DNA of 64,000 bases from Octopus sinensis (taxonomy: Eukaryota), in assembly GCF_006345805.1 (NCBI RefSeq), contig NC_042999.1, positions 104,904,001 through 104,968,000 of the forward strand. The letters run 5' to 3'. Each line of letters begins with the position of its first letter. Within the stretch, counting starts at the first letter, position 1. The notes under the pieces are model-generated. The model searched no databases. It was given only the letters and a program-made list of their open reading frames with translations, and was not told the origin of the DNA. Positions 1-13,524 of the stretch are shown piece by piece. Made by a program: the position numbers and the translations under genes.

Positions 1-2595
1 ACAGTAGTCTGTCCCAAACCAGACAGAACTAGTCATTTCAGTTAGGGAAGTGAACGAAATCAGCAAAAAAAAAAAAAAAAAATGAGCATCTGGAGGGCCC
101 TGGAGTTCAAGGCTACAAGATCAAAAGAATTGGTGAATGTCATGCAGGAATAGCTGCGCAACTCAACACCCTGTTAAATGCCGACCAAGTAACACCAGAC
201 CGGTTGACAATGGGTAGGACAGTGCTGTGCCTGAAAAACATCGAAAAGTCAATAGGTAGACATTTATAGGCCGATATCCTGTTTGCCACTTATACTCTTT
301 TACTCTTTTACTCTTTTACTTGTTTCAGTCATTTGACTGTGGTCAATGTGGAGCACCGCATTTAGTCGAGCAAATCGACCTCAGGCCTTAGTCTTTCTAA
401 GCCTAGAACTTATTCTATCGGTCTCTTTTGCCGAACCGCTAAATTACGGGGACGTAAACACACCAGCATCGGTTATCAAGTGATGTTGGGGGGACAAACA
501 CAAACACACAAACACACACACACATATACATATGCATATATACGACGTGCTTCTTTCAGTTTCCGTCTACCAAATCCGCTTACAAGGCTCTGGTCGGCTC
601 GAGGCTATAGTAGAAGACATTTGCCCAAGATGCCACGCAGTTGGACTGAACCCGGAACCATGTGTTTGGTAAGCAAACTACTTACCATACAGCCACTTCT
701 ACGACTACTTATGTGGAAGTTATTGACTAGAATATTCGCCGTCAATGTACAAACATCTGGAAAAAATGGAGTCCTGCTACATGAGCAGAACGGTTGCAAG
801 CGTAAGTGCAGAGGTATCAAGCATCAACCCCTGATAGACAAAACTATGCTCAGAGACTGCGAGAGGATGTATAGTAACTTAGCGATATAATGGATCGACT
901 ATCGTAAGGTGTATAATATGATCCCACATTCATGGATTATGAATCTGTTTGGTACAGTATTGAATGTTAAGCGATTGCTTGGAAAAAGGCAAATTGGAGG
1001 ACGGATCTGACAGAATACGGAAGATGTTTAGGGACAATAGAAATTAGGAGGGGCATCTTCCAAGGGGGCAACATGTCCCACTGATCTTTGTACTGTGCTT
1101 GATACCACTAACATTTATTCTGAGGACAGCAAAAGCAGAGTATGTATTCAAAAGCCGCCAACAAAAAGTCAACCATTTGTTTTTCATGGATGACCTCAAA
1201 CTTTATGGTAAAGATGATGCCCAAGTCAGCTCCTTTGTTGATATGGTGCATTCCTTCAGTGCTGATATCAGAATGGATTTCGGACAGAGAAAGTGTAGTG
1301 TGTTACTCTTGAAGTGTGGCAAAATCAAAGGTATGGACGGGCTAACGATATCGTTGGAGCAGGTTACGAAGCAGATAGACGAGATGGGCTATAAGTACTT
1401 GGGGATTTTGGAAATGGATAAATTGATGGTGAAAGAATTTAAGGTGGAGTACTTACGCATACTGAGACTGATTCTGAAGTCGAAATTAAACAGACGGAAT
1501 AAGATCGAAGCTATCAACACCTGGGCGGTATCATTCTTTAGATATGGATCAAGGGTAATGGCATGGACAGTAGACGAACAAAACAGCTTAGACAGAAAGA
1601 CAAGGAAGCTGCTAACTAGGCATGGGTCACTCCACCTAAAAAGTAACACAGACAGACTGTATGTACCAGGAAAAAGAGGGGGAAGAGGATTTATATATAT
1701 ATATACACATACGTATAGAAGGTGGCAGAGGCCTTATACAGCTGGAAAACTACTATAAAATAACCACCATAGGACTGCCAAAATATCTACTTCAGAAGGA
1801 AGGAAAACTGATACAAATAGCAGCAAAACACGAGCAAAACAAAAAAACTGTTCTCAGTATTTAAGGAAGCTGACAAATACAAACAAGTATTCATACCAAC
1901 TAATAAATATGAAGAAGAAGAAGAAGAAGACGTTAAAGAGACAACAAAAGCTATAAAACAAATGAAATCCAAACTAAAAATAGAACAGCAACGAACCATG
2001 ATAAAACGATGGCAAGAAAAGCCCCTTCATGATAAATACTGAACTAAAGTAAACGCAAAAGAAATAGACAAAGAAAAATCCCAGCAATGGTTGAGAAGCT
2101 CAGGACTCAAAGCAGAGACAGAGGGATTTTTAATTGCAGCACAAGAACAAAGCCTTCCCACCAGAAATTACCAAAAACATGTAATGAAAAGAAATATAAC
2201 AAGTAACTGCAGAATATGTGGAGATGGACAAGAAACAATAAATCATATTATCTCTGGCTGCCCAGTCCTGGCTAAGAAGGAATATATTCACAGACATGAC
2301 AGAGTTGGAACCTACATACACTGGAAGCTATGCCGACATTATGGAATAACAACAGAAAAAAGATGGTATAGGCACACACCAGAAAATGTCTCAGAAAACG
2401 AGATAACAACCATATTCTGGGACATGCCGATACACACAGATAGAGAAATTAAGGCCAAAAGACCCGATATAGTTGTCAGAGATCATGAAGAAAAAAATGC
2501 TTTCTAATTGATGTATCAATACCGGCAGATGACAACGTGTCTCTAAAAGAAATGGAGAAACTTTCAAAATACAAAGACCTGGAAATAGATGTAAC
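1..2595 (+). mobile_element. R4/Dong-like non-LTR retrotransposon with restriction-like endonuclease (copy R4-a), decayed; 5' end outside window; interrupted by a SINE at 294-706
   Basis: After removing the SINE the frame reads YRPISCLPLMWKLLT. Other motifs: NHLFFMDDLKLY (RT), YKYLG, RGGRG, CCHC finger CRICGDGQETINHIISGC..RHD, RLE motifs RPDIVV and KYKDLEI. Several frameshifts and stops. Confidence 0.9.
294..706 (-). mobile_element. tRNA-derived SINE family 1, near full length, with internal (TA)/(TG) tract and (AAAGAGT)n tail
   Basis: Homologous to 4544-4925 and 19130-19458. Flanked by exact 6-bp TSD ACTTAT (288-293, 707-712); excision restores the R4 RT frame. Confidence 0.9.
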
Positions 2596-3315
2596 AGCAG
2601 CTCAAGATCAATGACTACCTACAAGAAACTACCAGGCCAACATATTAAAGAACGGCAGCTGCTCAACATGACATGTTAGTTAACAACAAAATGAAACCAT
2701 TGATCATGTCTCCAAGTGCAGTCTTCTTGCACCGACAGAGTATCTCAACAGGCATGATAAAAAAAACTGGTGGGAACACAAACCATCTCAAGTGCTTGAA
2801 AATGATTACATCTCACTCCTCTGGAATTTCACCATTCAAACTGACAGAAAGATAGATGCGAATACGCCAGACATTATATTGAAAGTCTTGTCTCAATCGA
2901 TATAAATGTATGTGATGACCTACCAAAAACCGAGCAAGTATAAAGATTTCGAAAGAGAAATTGGCAAAGTATGGAACCTCAAGACTAAAGAATACATGTT
3001 ATCATAGGTGCTGTAGGAATGATAGCAAAAGGGACTGATTACTACCTAGCTCAGACACCAGGTAATTCTCAAATGGCAGAAATTCAAAAGATAGTGCTCA
3101 TGGGAACTGCCTATATCCTACGTAAAATACTATGTAATCTCAAAATTTAAAACAAACTTATAATTTTCTTATGTTTTCTTAAATATTCTACAGAACAGTT
3201 CTATGTGCAAAACAAAATATATGATACCCTAGGCATAACACCAACATCAACTTCTAGCATGTCTCTTGAGGTCTGTAGGTGAGACTTGTACAAATACAAA
3301 GCAAAAGTCAAACAA
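2596..3315 (+). mobile_element. 3' part (Zn finger, RLE, 3'UTR) of a second, diverged R4/Dong-like LINE (R4-b)
   Basis: AAQDQ*LPTRNYQANILKNGS, ETIDHVSKCSLLAPTEYLNRHD, WNFTIQTDRKIDANTPDII, KYKDFEREIGKVW, IIGAVGMI, EIQKIVLMGTAYILRKIL; runs into an (AAT)n tail. Confidence 0.85.
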
Positions 3316-3537
<222 letters not shown>

Positions 3538-4543
3538 TATATCTCATTTGTGCTCAATAGTTTTTAGGATAATCATCTAAATTATTAATGATGTTAATAT
3601 TATGATGGTGATGATGATGATGATGATGTTGGTGAGGTGGGTGGAGGATAAAGAGGAAGTCATGCAAAAGATAGAAGTTGATCATCCTCGTAAGTAATAA
3701 CAGGGTGGCATAGTGATGTAATGTAAGTTGCTGTTAAGACGTATCTGGATTATAAATCACTTGAGAATGATGATAAGGGAATAGATTTGAGTGATTAAAG
3801 ATCCATAGGTGGATGTGATGGAGAATAAAGACATATGAAATGCTATACTGCACGCCATATCTAAATGATGATAATGATGACGATGATGATGATGATGAAG
3901 TGGAGTAGAATGATCATAATACTGGAGATGAGGGAAAATTGGAGAAGCAGAGGAGGCAGAACAGGTTATCGTTATGGTTGATCCAAATATGATGACGAAG
4001 TTAACTAAAATCTTGATGGTGCAGAAGAGAGGTTGTAGGAGTAGGAGGAAATGAGATATGGCGTAATAGTGTTTGAGTTATTTAACCCAAGGTGAGCCCT
4101 GATGTATATCTAATCAAATGCATTTCATCGACACTAATGTCATTTCATCTTTCGCATATAGTATATCTAGGATTACGTTTTACCAATGTGCCTGTATATA
4201 TTTTAGCAGTAGTTATTGAGTTGATGGGAGATTTTGATTACTATTTTTAGCGTTCATTTTAACTATTCCTCGTTGGAACTCGGTAAAATCTTATTCAATA
4301 CGTAAAATCTTATTAAATACGTTTCAGTCGACTTGGCGATACTGGTGATGTAAATGGCAAGAATGTTGCTGCTGCTGCTATTAAAGGTGATTATTTTGAT
4401 GATGATGATAAAGATGGTGGCTATGATGATGTTTTCCTCTATCACCATGATTAACAATACCTTTTTAGATCTCTGAAAAGCAATTATATGCTCTAGATAC
4501 GTATTACACGATTAAGTTATTTGAATTATAACATTATAACAAT

Positions 4544-4623
4544 AGGTGCAGAAGTGGCTGTGTGGTAAGTAGCTTGCTTACCAACCATATGGTCCTGGGT
4601 CCAGTCCCACTGAAAGAAGCCCG

Positions 4624-4721
<98 letters not shown>

Positions 4722-4925
4722 CTTGTGTGTCTCTGTTTGTCACCCCAACATCGCTAGAAAACCGATGCTAGTGTGTTTATGTCCCCGTAATTTAGCGGTT
4801 CGGTAAAAGAGAGACCGATTGAACAAGTACTAGGCTTACAAAGAATAAGTCTTGGGGTGGATTTGCTCGACTAAAGGCGGTGCTCCAGCATGGCCGCATG
4901 ACTGAAACAAGTAAAAAAAAAATTA
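4544..4925 (+). mobile_element. SINE family 1 copy with internal deletion in the head region
   Basis: Matches the reverse complement of 294-706; about 80 bp lost between two ACTG microhomologies (CCCACTG|AAAGAAGC). Confidence 0.85.
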
Positions 4926-5951
4926 AAAAATATCGCGGTATTTTTTGTATTTTAGTAATTAGTAATCACTCTGCAACAAGACGTGTTCTATTTTCATTTT
5001 AACATCTTTCAGTTATTCTTAATTTGTTCTTCGTGCATTGCTTATGTTTCTTCTTCAGTTTATTGTAGTTTGTCTTGTTGTAATTCTTCAGTCCAAATGG
5101 CATCGAGTATTGACATTGGATTACAATTAATTTTGTCTTTCTTTGGCATTTCGAAGTATTGTGACACTATATTGTTAGGTTTGTCGCATTACGTTTTAGA
5201 CTTACGCCATTACCCTCTCATTCTATTCCATTGTTCTTACTGATTCGCTCAATGCCTCATATTTTTATCTCTTCTTATCTCTAAATTTTCTCCTTTTACC
5301 TTTTCTCTCATGAAAAATATTCTGCAATGCCTTCTCTTCATTTCCAAATGTCTTTCGCCACCACTTTGATGCTAAGCACGAATTAATGTTTCATTCTTAC
5401 TCTCCTTCAATCACCTATTTTCTATTCCAGAATGATCCTCTAAATTCCCTACCTCTATTTTAGACTTCGGTCTTTCATCTTCCCGCTTTTCTCTCTTATT
5501 CGGGCTTTAGGTTTCGTTCCCTCCTCACCCCCAGTTCCTGCATTACACTGTATGCAAATCTTATAACTTGTCTTCCTTGATAACATAATGTTGGTGATGA
5601 TAGTGACCGTGGCTGAAGTAATAGTAGTTGTTTTTATTGTCGTATTGTTGTTGATTGTGTCCCATGTTAGTGATGGTGAATAACTCTATCAAATTTCATT
5701 GGCGATAGCGTAGTTTATGCACGGGAAATCGTTTTCGAGAAGCAAGCCGCATGAAACATGGATCGCCATCAGGCAAGGCTCACTACTAAAAAAATACAAG
5801 CTAATTTTACGTTGGTGTGACAATCAGAAAGTTCCGTGGACCTCATTTTGCGCATGACTGGCGTAGATAGTAGCTCTTATCTCTCTTGCACAGATTGTTA
5901 AGAGAATACCACTTGTAGCTGTGTAATTATCAGTGAGTAATTTTATTATTT

Positions 5952-6018
<67 letters not shown>

Positions 6019-6025
6019 CACTACC
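5952..6025. repeat. (CTA)n microsatellite
   Basis: Seen directly. Confidence 0.95.
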
Positions 6026-6539
6026 ATTTTAAATAACCCTTATTAGAAAATTACAATTATTGACGTAGTGACAACTTAACCAGAAACATTCATGTAATAA
6101 ATACATAAGGCAACGAATTGGAAATAAATGCAAAGTTAATTAATAGTTTTAAGGAAAGGAACGTTTATTTGCTTTGGTCACTGAAGATTAATTAAAACTT
6201 CATAATAGCAAATGATGCGGAATATAAACAACCGCTCCGCGAATTATCTGTTAGGTTTCAATTTCTTGAGCAATTATAATGTTACTTATGACATGAACTA
6301 CTGTAGCCTTTAAAGATTTGCAGTCGCTTTCCCTTTCTCCACACCCTCTTTTTAATCAACTTCTTTTTTCTCTATGCAATGAAGCAGTCTATTAATGATA
6401 TTCCGTTATACATGTACCACAAAAGTACATTGTGATTCCATTCTTGATCTATTGTTACGTTGTTCGTCTTTTATGATGAAAATTAAGCAACAAAATAACG
6501 TAGAGCCTGAAGAATGCTTCACAATCGGAATATGTATCA

Positions 6540-7330
6540 CATTTTTGAAAAGTGTTTAATGATTCTTGACACTGCTGACAATGCGAAGAAATGGAATCGC
6601 AAACATCACGAAACAATTCGTTTGGTATTTGTGTGCATTCAAATCAGCGACTGTTGTAGGTTTCATAGCATAGACTTTGTCTTCTAAGCATCCTCATGCG
6701 AAAAAAGTCTAGTAGTGTGAGGTCTGGTGAACGCGGAGGGTATTCAACGAAACCCCTTCGTCCAATCCGCCTGTTTGGCAAGATTTCCTCAAGGAAGGAT
6801 CTAACATCCCGATGGTAGTGCTGAAAATAAAACTCCTCATCTTCAAAGTCTTCTGTAATGCTTGGCATGACAAGCTGTTGCAGCAAATTGGAATAAACGA
6901 GCCCAGTCACAGTAGCGTCAAAAAGGAATGGTCCAATTAATCTTCTTGATGATAAATCACACCACTCTGTAACTTCTGGTAAATTAACATGTTGTTTCAC
7001 CATAACATGCGGATTCTCAGGTGGTAATAAATTGAATCATTTAATTTGAATGTGGTCTCATCACTCCACACATCATCTTCTACACATCGTGCCAAGTCGA
7101 TGTTCGTGCTCTTCAGGAACGCTTCTCGTAGACATTCTGCACACTTCCATCGGCTTCAAACTTATCTCTAATTCAAGTGATGGTAAGTCACGATGGTAAA
7201 TCTGTTTGAAACTCCCTCCTAAACTGTCCTTGCACTTCAACTTCATTTTCCCACTTCCAGTAGCATTTTAGAACGCATTTCCTAGTCAGTTTGGGAAAAT
7301 GTAACGTAAAATTTAACCCCTTTCCCAAAT
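6540..7330 (-). mobile_element. Tc1/mariner transposase remnant, probably DD41D (rosa-type)
   Basis: N-terminal RKCVLKCYWKWEN..EVQ..FRREF; WSDE (first D); ENPH..HVNLP..W..LIGPFLF; [14 protein letters not shown]. The QDG motif is missing. Frameshifted; TIRs not identified. Confidence 0.8.
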
Positions 7331-8615
7331 CTGTAGAAGTGAATTTGAACTTATGGTTTAAAAGTTGTTCCACAAGATTTGCCACTTGTTTATTTCTACT
7401 CTTCTCAAACTCCAGCTATTACATATTACGCAAGCAATATAATTTCCCTAGACAGTTGGCACTTTATTATTTATAGACATAGAAACATGAGGTGATAAAT
7501 TCAACTCAATCCATGGAACTGCTAACCTGTTGCAGTCATACGAAGGTAATATTAACGAGATAATTATATAATTATGCATAAATATTTTTTTATGTTATCA
7601 AAATAGCGTGTGAACACACTCTGGCAGAAATATAGAAACAATTTAAAATTATACATAATTAATACAAGACACAAGAGAAAATGTAATACTTCGCTCAGGC
7701 AAAGCAGCTAAGAATCACTAATCAAATTGAATGAACGTTAGAAAGTTGCATTGGAAATTATGCTATCAACAATTAACAAGATAATTATAAAACAACAGAA
7801 ATAAAGTTAAAACACAAGGCACAAATTTACCTTTGAGGTGAAAATCTGTAGACTACAGAGGATTAACCAAGCTATACTGAACAAAGTAAACAATCTGCAT
7901 AAGATAGTGTATATAAACAGAATAAATAAAGATACAAATTCGAACGAACATTTTATCAGCTTTACATGATGATACGAATAATATAACGATTAATAACAAT
8001 GACGACGACGACGATGATGATGTTGACAATGATGATGATAAAGAGAAGTTTAGCGATGATAAAACATTTAATGCTTTATTTATTAATTTGAGTGTTGTGA
8101 GTGTCCTGTTCATTTTAGTAGAGGTTTTAATAATTTGTCAGAGAAATCTTTGTGTTTAATGTTCATTTCAAGAAGTGCTAACAATTACATCTAAAGATGG
8201 ATGTTGTTCACAATTTTTAAAATTGCATCCCAAACATTACTCGAACCCTCTTATGGCGTGCGCTATTTCTAAGTAATACGTGTGAACACTGAATATGTAC
8301 CTCGAAGGTTATTTTAAGTAGATAAATCAGTAAAGTGTGTAAGATATGGAATATTGATGTTTATGTTGATTCAGTTCATACGTCTATTTAAGCCTTAGGA
8401 AGAGAAGAAAGGGCAATACTCAACGCCTGTTTTCTGTGCCTTCGATACTGGTGGAAGAACTCAAAAAGGAATAATGTTTCATAGACGTTCCATGATACCG
8501 AATTCTCCTCAGGCTCGAAATCTGTTTCGAATACTTTCAGTTAGGTTCACATTGTTAAAGACACCTATGGGCTAGCGTTAAATGATTTAAAATATTAAAT
8601 CTTCAATCCGGAATC

Positions 8616-8712
8616 TATGCTAGAATACACTTACCTAAGGTGCAGGGATGTGGGATTCAGCCTCAATCAAGCAACTGTGAAGCGAACTTTTTAACCAAAT
8701 GACAATGCCTCC
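8616..8712 (-). mobile_element. Old SINE family 1-like head fragment
   Basis: GAATACACTTACCTAAGGTGC...GAAGCGAACTTTTTAACC resembles the head of 294-706. Confidence 0.4.
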
Positions 8713-9583
8713 ATCCATAAACTACATGCGTTACTTTATACCTGACCAGTTATGGTTAACCAAGGTGTAGGATGATTCTGTATTTTAAAGAAGTCTATCG
8801 ATAATAAAGAAATCTCTAAACGGTGTAACACACTTCTCAACAGTGAGTAGATTTATTAAGAACAATATAAATCAAAACACTATCGGATGGATAGATCGAG
8901 AAACAGGTTATTTAATGAAAATAGTTTCAATTATTGAGATGGTTGACTAAATATACTTAACAATATAACTTTTATGTTTTGAACTTTTATTTTCTATTTT
9001 TTGTTTTTTTCTTTCATTTACCATTTTAAAAAAAGCAATGAAGACTGAAAGAATAACTAAAGTGTGAAGTATGAAGTGTGAAGTATGGAATTTTGAGTAG
9101 AAATATTAAAATGTTTGGAAGGCAAATCAATAAATCACATTATACTTTTCATTACAAAATTTACTCAAGAAACTAATTAGCTTTAATAATGAATGTAAAT
9201 AAGAAATAAAACAGCAAACATGGCAAAGAACACGAATTAAAAAAATTTGATTTCAAAGTACAAAACATTACAAAAGAATATAAAACCCAATAGTAAATCT
9301 TCAAAATCTTCAGGTTTAGGGTTGTTTCCTACATGTTGATATATATAAAACAAGGAAATTCCCACTTAATTTTGAAGCTTGTTGGATTATTAACAAACAC
9401 TAAATTATAAGGGCGTGTTTTAAGATTAAGTTATATTGATGAAATGAACGACACTACAAGAATATAAAGTTCATAGTTAAGGGAAATGTCTAATCAGGGG
9501 AGATAACTTCTACAACTAATATCTCAGTTTGTGCCTCCTAAGAGCTCACACACGCTAATACATAGACACTTATTCTCGCATAA

Positions 9584-9618
<35 letters not shown>

Positions 9619-10020
9619 ATATATATATATGTATATAAAGACAAAAAAGAGTGAAAAAGCTACAGAGGGCTTGTGTTATATGGTTAAAGAATATATTTAA
9701 ATCGTTATGTTAGAAAAGTGTTATGAAATTTTGCGTATAGTAACATAGATTTTGAAGAAATAACCTGTTTCGTATTTTCTTTTCAAATTTCTCAAATTTC
9801 TTTATCTATATTGTGTCATGTCTTCGCTATGTTGTGAAATATGGAGTTCAAGGCAGGGGAAAGTAATCAGGGATTTTTTTACGGTATAAGGGAGATAATC
9901 AAACATGTTGGGAATGACTAGGCATGATTTGGTTTAGAAGGAATAGAATGTTACAAGTGGTTAGGTTTTGCTTCACATTTTTTTCAATGAGTTGAGTTAG
10001 AAATGTTCGAAATGTTTAAG

Positions 10021-10165
10021 TTATGGCTTATAATTTTCAATGGAGAAAGTTTCCTTATTTAATCTAACTTGTGTTGGTGTTCCAATGGCACATTGATAGA
10101 ATGGAAAGATTATAAATTTTGGTAGCAGTTGCTTTGCGCATTTTTCAATAAGTTCACTAAAATAA
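10021..10165 (-). mobile_element. Penelope-like GIY-YIG endonuclease C-terminal fragment
   Basis: FSELIEKCAKQLLPKFIIFPFYQC..RLNKETFSIENYKP; homologous to 60700-60905. Confidence 0.65.
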
Positions 10166-10302
10166 ACACCCTCTTTCAACCTTGCAAGAAGGATATGCAC
10201 AATAGTGTCAGAACAAAATACCAGAAACTTTAGACTGCAAGAACTCAAAAACACCCTAACTGACAGACACTATCCAGTTCAACTCATGGAGGATGGAATG
10301 CT
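10166..10302 (+). mobile_element. Penelope-like RT thumb fragment
   Basis: Read manually: FNLARRICTIVSEQNTRNFRLQELKNTLTDRHYPVQLMEDG. Confidence 0.65.
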
Positions 10303-11572
10303 GCGCTTATCGGACGGTGTCAACTTTAAGGTTGTACCCTGTGAAGTTTAGAGTTTAGCGTGTGACCTGTTCATTGTAGGTTTCTCAATAAATAGAAATA
10401 CCTAATAAAGTCAACATGCATCATCTTACTGTTTCTTTTGTCACTTCATTGATTGTATGTTTTTTATTATTTTAAAAATTTGTTATATTAATATATTTAT
10501 CTGCATGTGTTTACCTTATGCGTATTTCAATATTATGTATGCCTGTCATGTATTTGTGCACATCATTAACATATAAGTGTATATGGATGTATGTATTCAT
10601 ATATTAGTTTATATGAACATTTTTGCATTCATGTGTATGTGTGTAAAGGGTGCGTCTGTCTCCCAAACTCCAAAGTTGAGTAACGTTTTCATGCTTGGGT
10701 TTGTAAACTACGATACGAATAACACTGGTCAACAACGAATTTGTCCAAAGGAAAAGAATACCTATATCTTATACGTTTTTGCATGCAGAATTCAAAAATA
10801 ATGTCAAATTACCTTTATCAACCACAGTTTCTTTGTTCCACGATATCCCTCTCAGTTACTGTTACGTGGGCTAAATTTCAGTTAAGCAATTGATATGTAA
10901 AGCTACCAGTTTAAGAAATACTCCCAATTTAAATTTTTATGGACAGAATTAACCTAGTGAAATCATAAATACAGCTATCTGAATCAATGACTCACAAAAA
11001 AAATATGAAATAAAAAATATGTAAAAATAATTATGCACAGAAAAAAGCACAGAAAAATACCAACAAAGAAAAAGTACAGATAAATACTAATACATAGAAA
11101 AAGTACAGAAAAATATTGATACACAGAAGCATAGAAAAATATGTAATACACTAACACACAGAAAAATTAAAACAAAAAGAATCGCGTAGTGTGAAGAATT
11201 AAGTGTGAAAAATCAACATAGACAACAGCGGCACAGAAAACAGTGATCCCCAACAAAGGGTGTGGTTGACATGGTAACAAGCTGCTAATGTCATGCTGTC
11301 TGTTGAGTGGCTAGAATTATCCAAATTTCCCAAATTTAATGCCAAATAACATCAGATTCTTTAATTTACGAGATAAAGTAATTGGTTGATCGTAATCAAA
11401 ATTCAGAGTTACATCAATACACTAAAACTGAAAGCAAACTGAGCCAAATTAAGGTGGCCGGGTGCTCATGTTGCGAATAAGAAAGACTAGATCCTAATTT
11501 CAATACGGAGCAAATAATTCACGAAAAAAAAAATCACGAAGAAATAATTTGCGAAGATACCATTGACTCTGG

Positions 11573-12141
11573 TATTATTTAGTGTAACAATTTTAAAATG
11601 ATAACAGAATCAATAATACAGGCGATTGCGGCCCCAAAAAGCATTAAATAGCTGAAGGATTAAAATTAATTAAAGGGCATACTAAGTATGTCTATCTGCT
11701 GGAAATGACAGTGAAATCTCTCATTTAAATCGCCAAAATGCACTGAAAATATCTACAGAAATCAACTGTCCTAGGGCAAACGGGTTAAGACAATCTCACT
11801 ACGTACGTTTAAGTATTTGGACTCACATGGACCGGTTTCCGTGTTAGCAAAAATAGGTTCAGCTTATTATCTAGTGTAACAATTTAAAAATGATAGTAAC
11901 AAATAAATAATATAGGCGATTGCAGGGCCCCCCCCCCCAAGCATCAAATAGCTGAAGGATTACAATTATTCAAAAGACATACTAAGTATGTCTACCTGCT
12001 GGAAATAACAGTCATGTGTCTCATTTAAATCGCTGAAATATACTGATAATAACTGCAGAAATCAACCATCCGAAGGCAAACGGGTTAAGTATTTGGACTC
12101 ACATGGACCAGTTTCTGCACTGGCACAAATAGCCTCAGTTA
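11573..12141. repeat. Tandem duplication of a ~290-bp unit (11573-11864, 11865-12141)
   Basis: Shared blocks such as TAGTGTAACAATTT, AAATAGCTGAAGGATTA, CATACTAAGTATGTCTA, GGCAAACGGGTTAAG, TATTTGGACTCACATGGACC. Confidence 0.9.
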
Positions 12142-12210
12142 CTTCAGCATGCGTTATAATGATAGAGACACCCAACCCGTCGTGTTGAAGTCTGCACTGC
12201 GACTTATCTG

Positions 12211-12333
<123 letters not shown>

Positions 12334-12469
12334 TATATACAATTTCCGAATCACTTATCCGGAGTCCAAAAATCCAGAATTACAAGAAATCCGACTTATC
12401 ACCGAAAGCGGTTTAACGTCATATCCAGGAATACATACATACATACAAATATGCATACATGCATGCATG

Positions 12470-13524
12470 CATGCCTGCCTACCTACCTACCTACGTACGT
12501 ACCTACCTACCTAGCTACGTACCTAGCTAGCTAAGTACCTAGCTAGCTACGTACCTAGCTAGCTACCTACCTAGCTACCTACATACCAACCTATCTACCT
12601 ACCTATCTATCTACCTACCTACCTACCTACCTACCTACTTACCTACCTACCTACCTACCTACCTACCTACCTACCTACCTACATATCTACCTACGTAGCT
12701 ACCTAACTACCTAGCTACCTTCCTACCTATATACCTACTTAGCTACCTACCTACCGACCTACCTACCTACCTACCTACCTACCTACATACCTACCTACCT
12801 ACCTACCACCTACCTACCTACTTACCTACCTACCTACCTACCTACCTACTACCTACCTACCTACATATCTACCTACGTAGCTACCTAACTACCTAGCTAC
12901 CTTCCTACCTATATACCTACTTAGCTACCTACCTACCGACCTACCTACCTACCTACCTACCTACCTACATACCTACCTACCTACCTACCTACCTACATAC
13001 ATACCTACCTACCTAAGGACGTACCTACCTACCAACATACCTACCTACCTACCTCCCTCCATACCTACCTACCTACCTACCTACATACCTACCTACCTAC
13101 CTACCTACCTACCTACATACATACATACCTACCTAGCTACCGCCCTACGTTCCTACCTATTGACCTACCTGCCTACCTACCTACCTACCTACCTACTTAC
13201 CTACCTACCTACCTACCTACCTACCTACATACCTACCTACCTACCTACCTACCTACCTATCTACACACCTACCTACCTACCTACCTACCTACCTACCTAA
13301 CTACCTACCTATCTACCTACCTACTCTGCCTATCTACCTTCCTAGCTACCTACCTACCTACCGACCTACGTACGTACCGACCTACCTAGCTACCTAGCTA
13401 CCTAGCTACCTACCTACATACATACACATCTACCTACCTACCTACCTACCTACCTACCTACTACATACCTACCTACCTACCTACCTACCTACCCACCGAC
13501 CTACCTACCTACCTACCGACCTAC
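12470..13524. repeat. Degenerate (CTAC)n tract with an internal ~180-bp duplication
   Basis: Variant block ACATATCTACCTACGTAGCTACCTAACTAC.. occurs at about 12681 and 12863. Confidence 0.95.
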
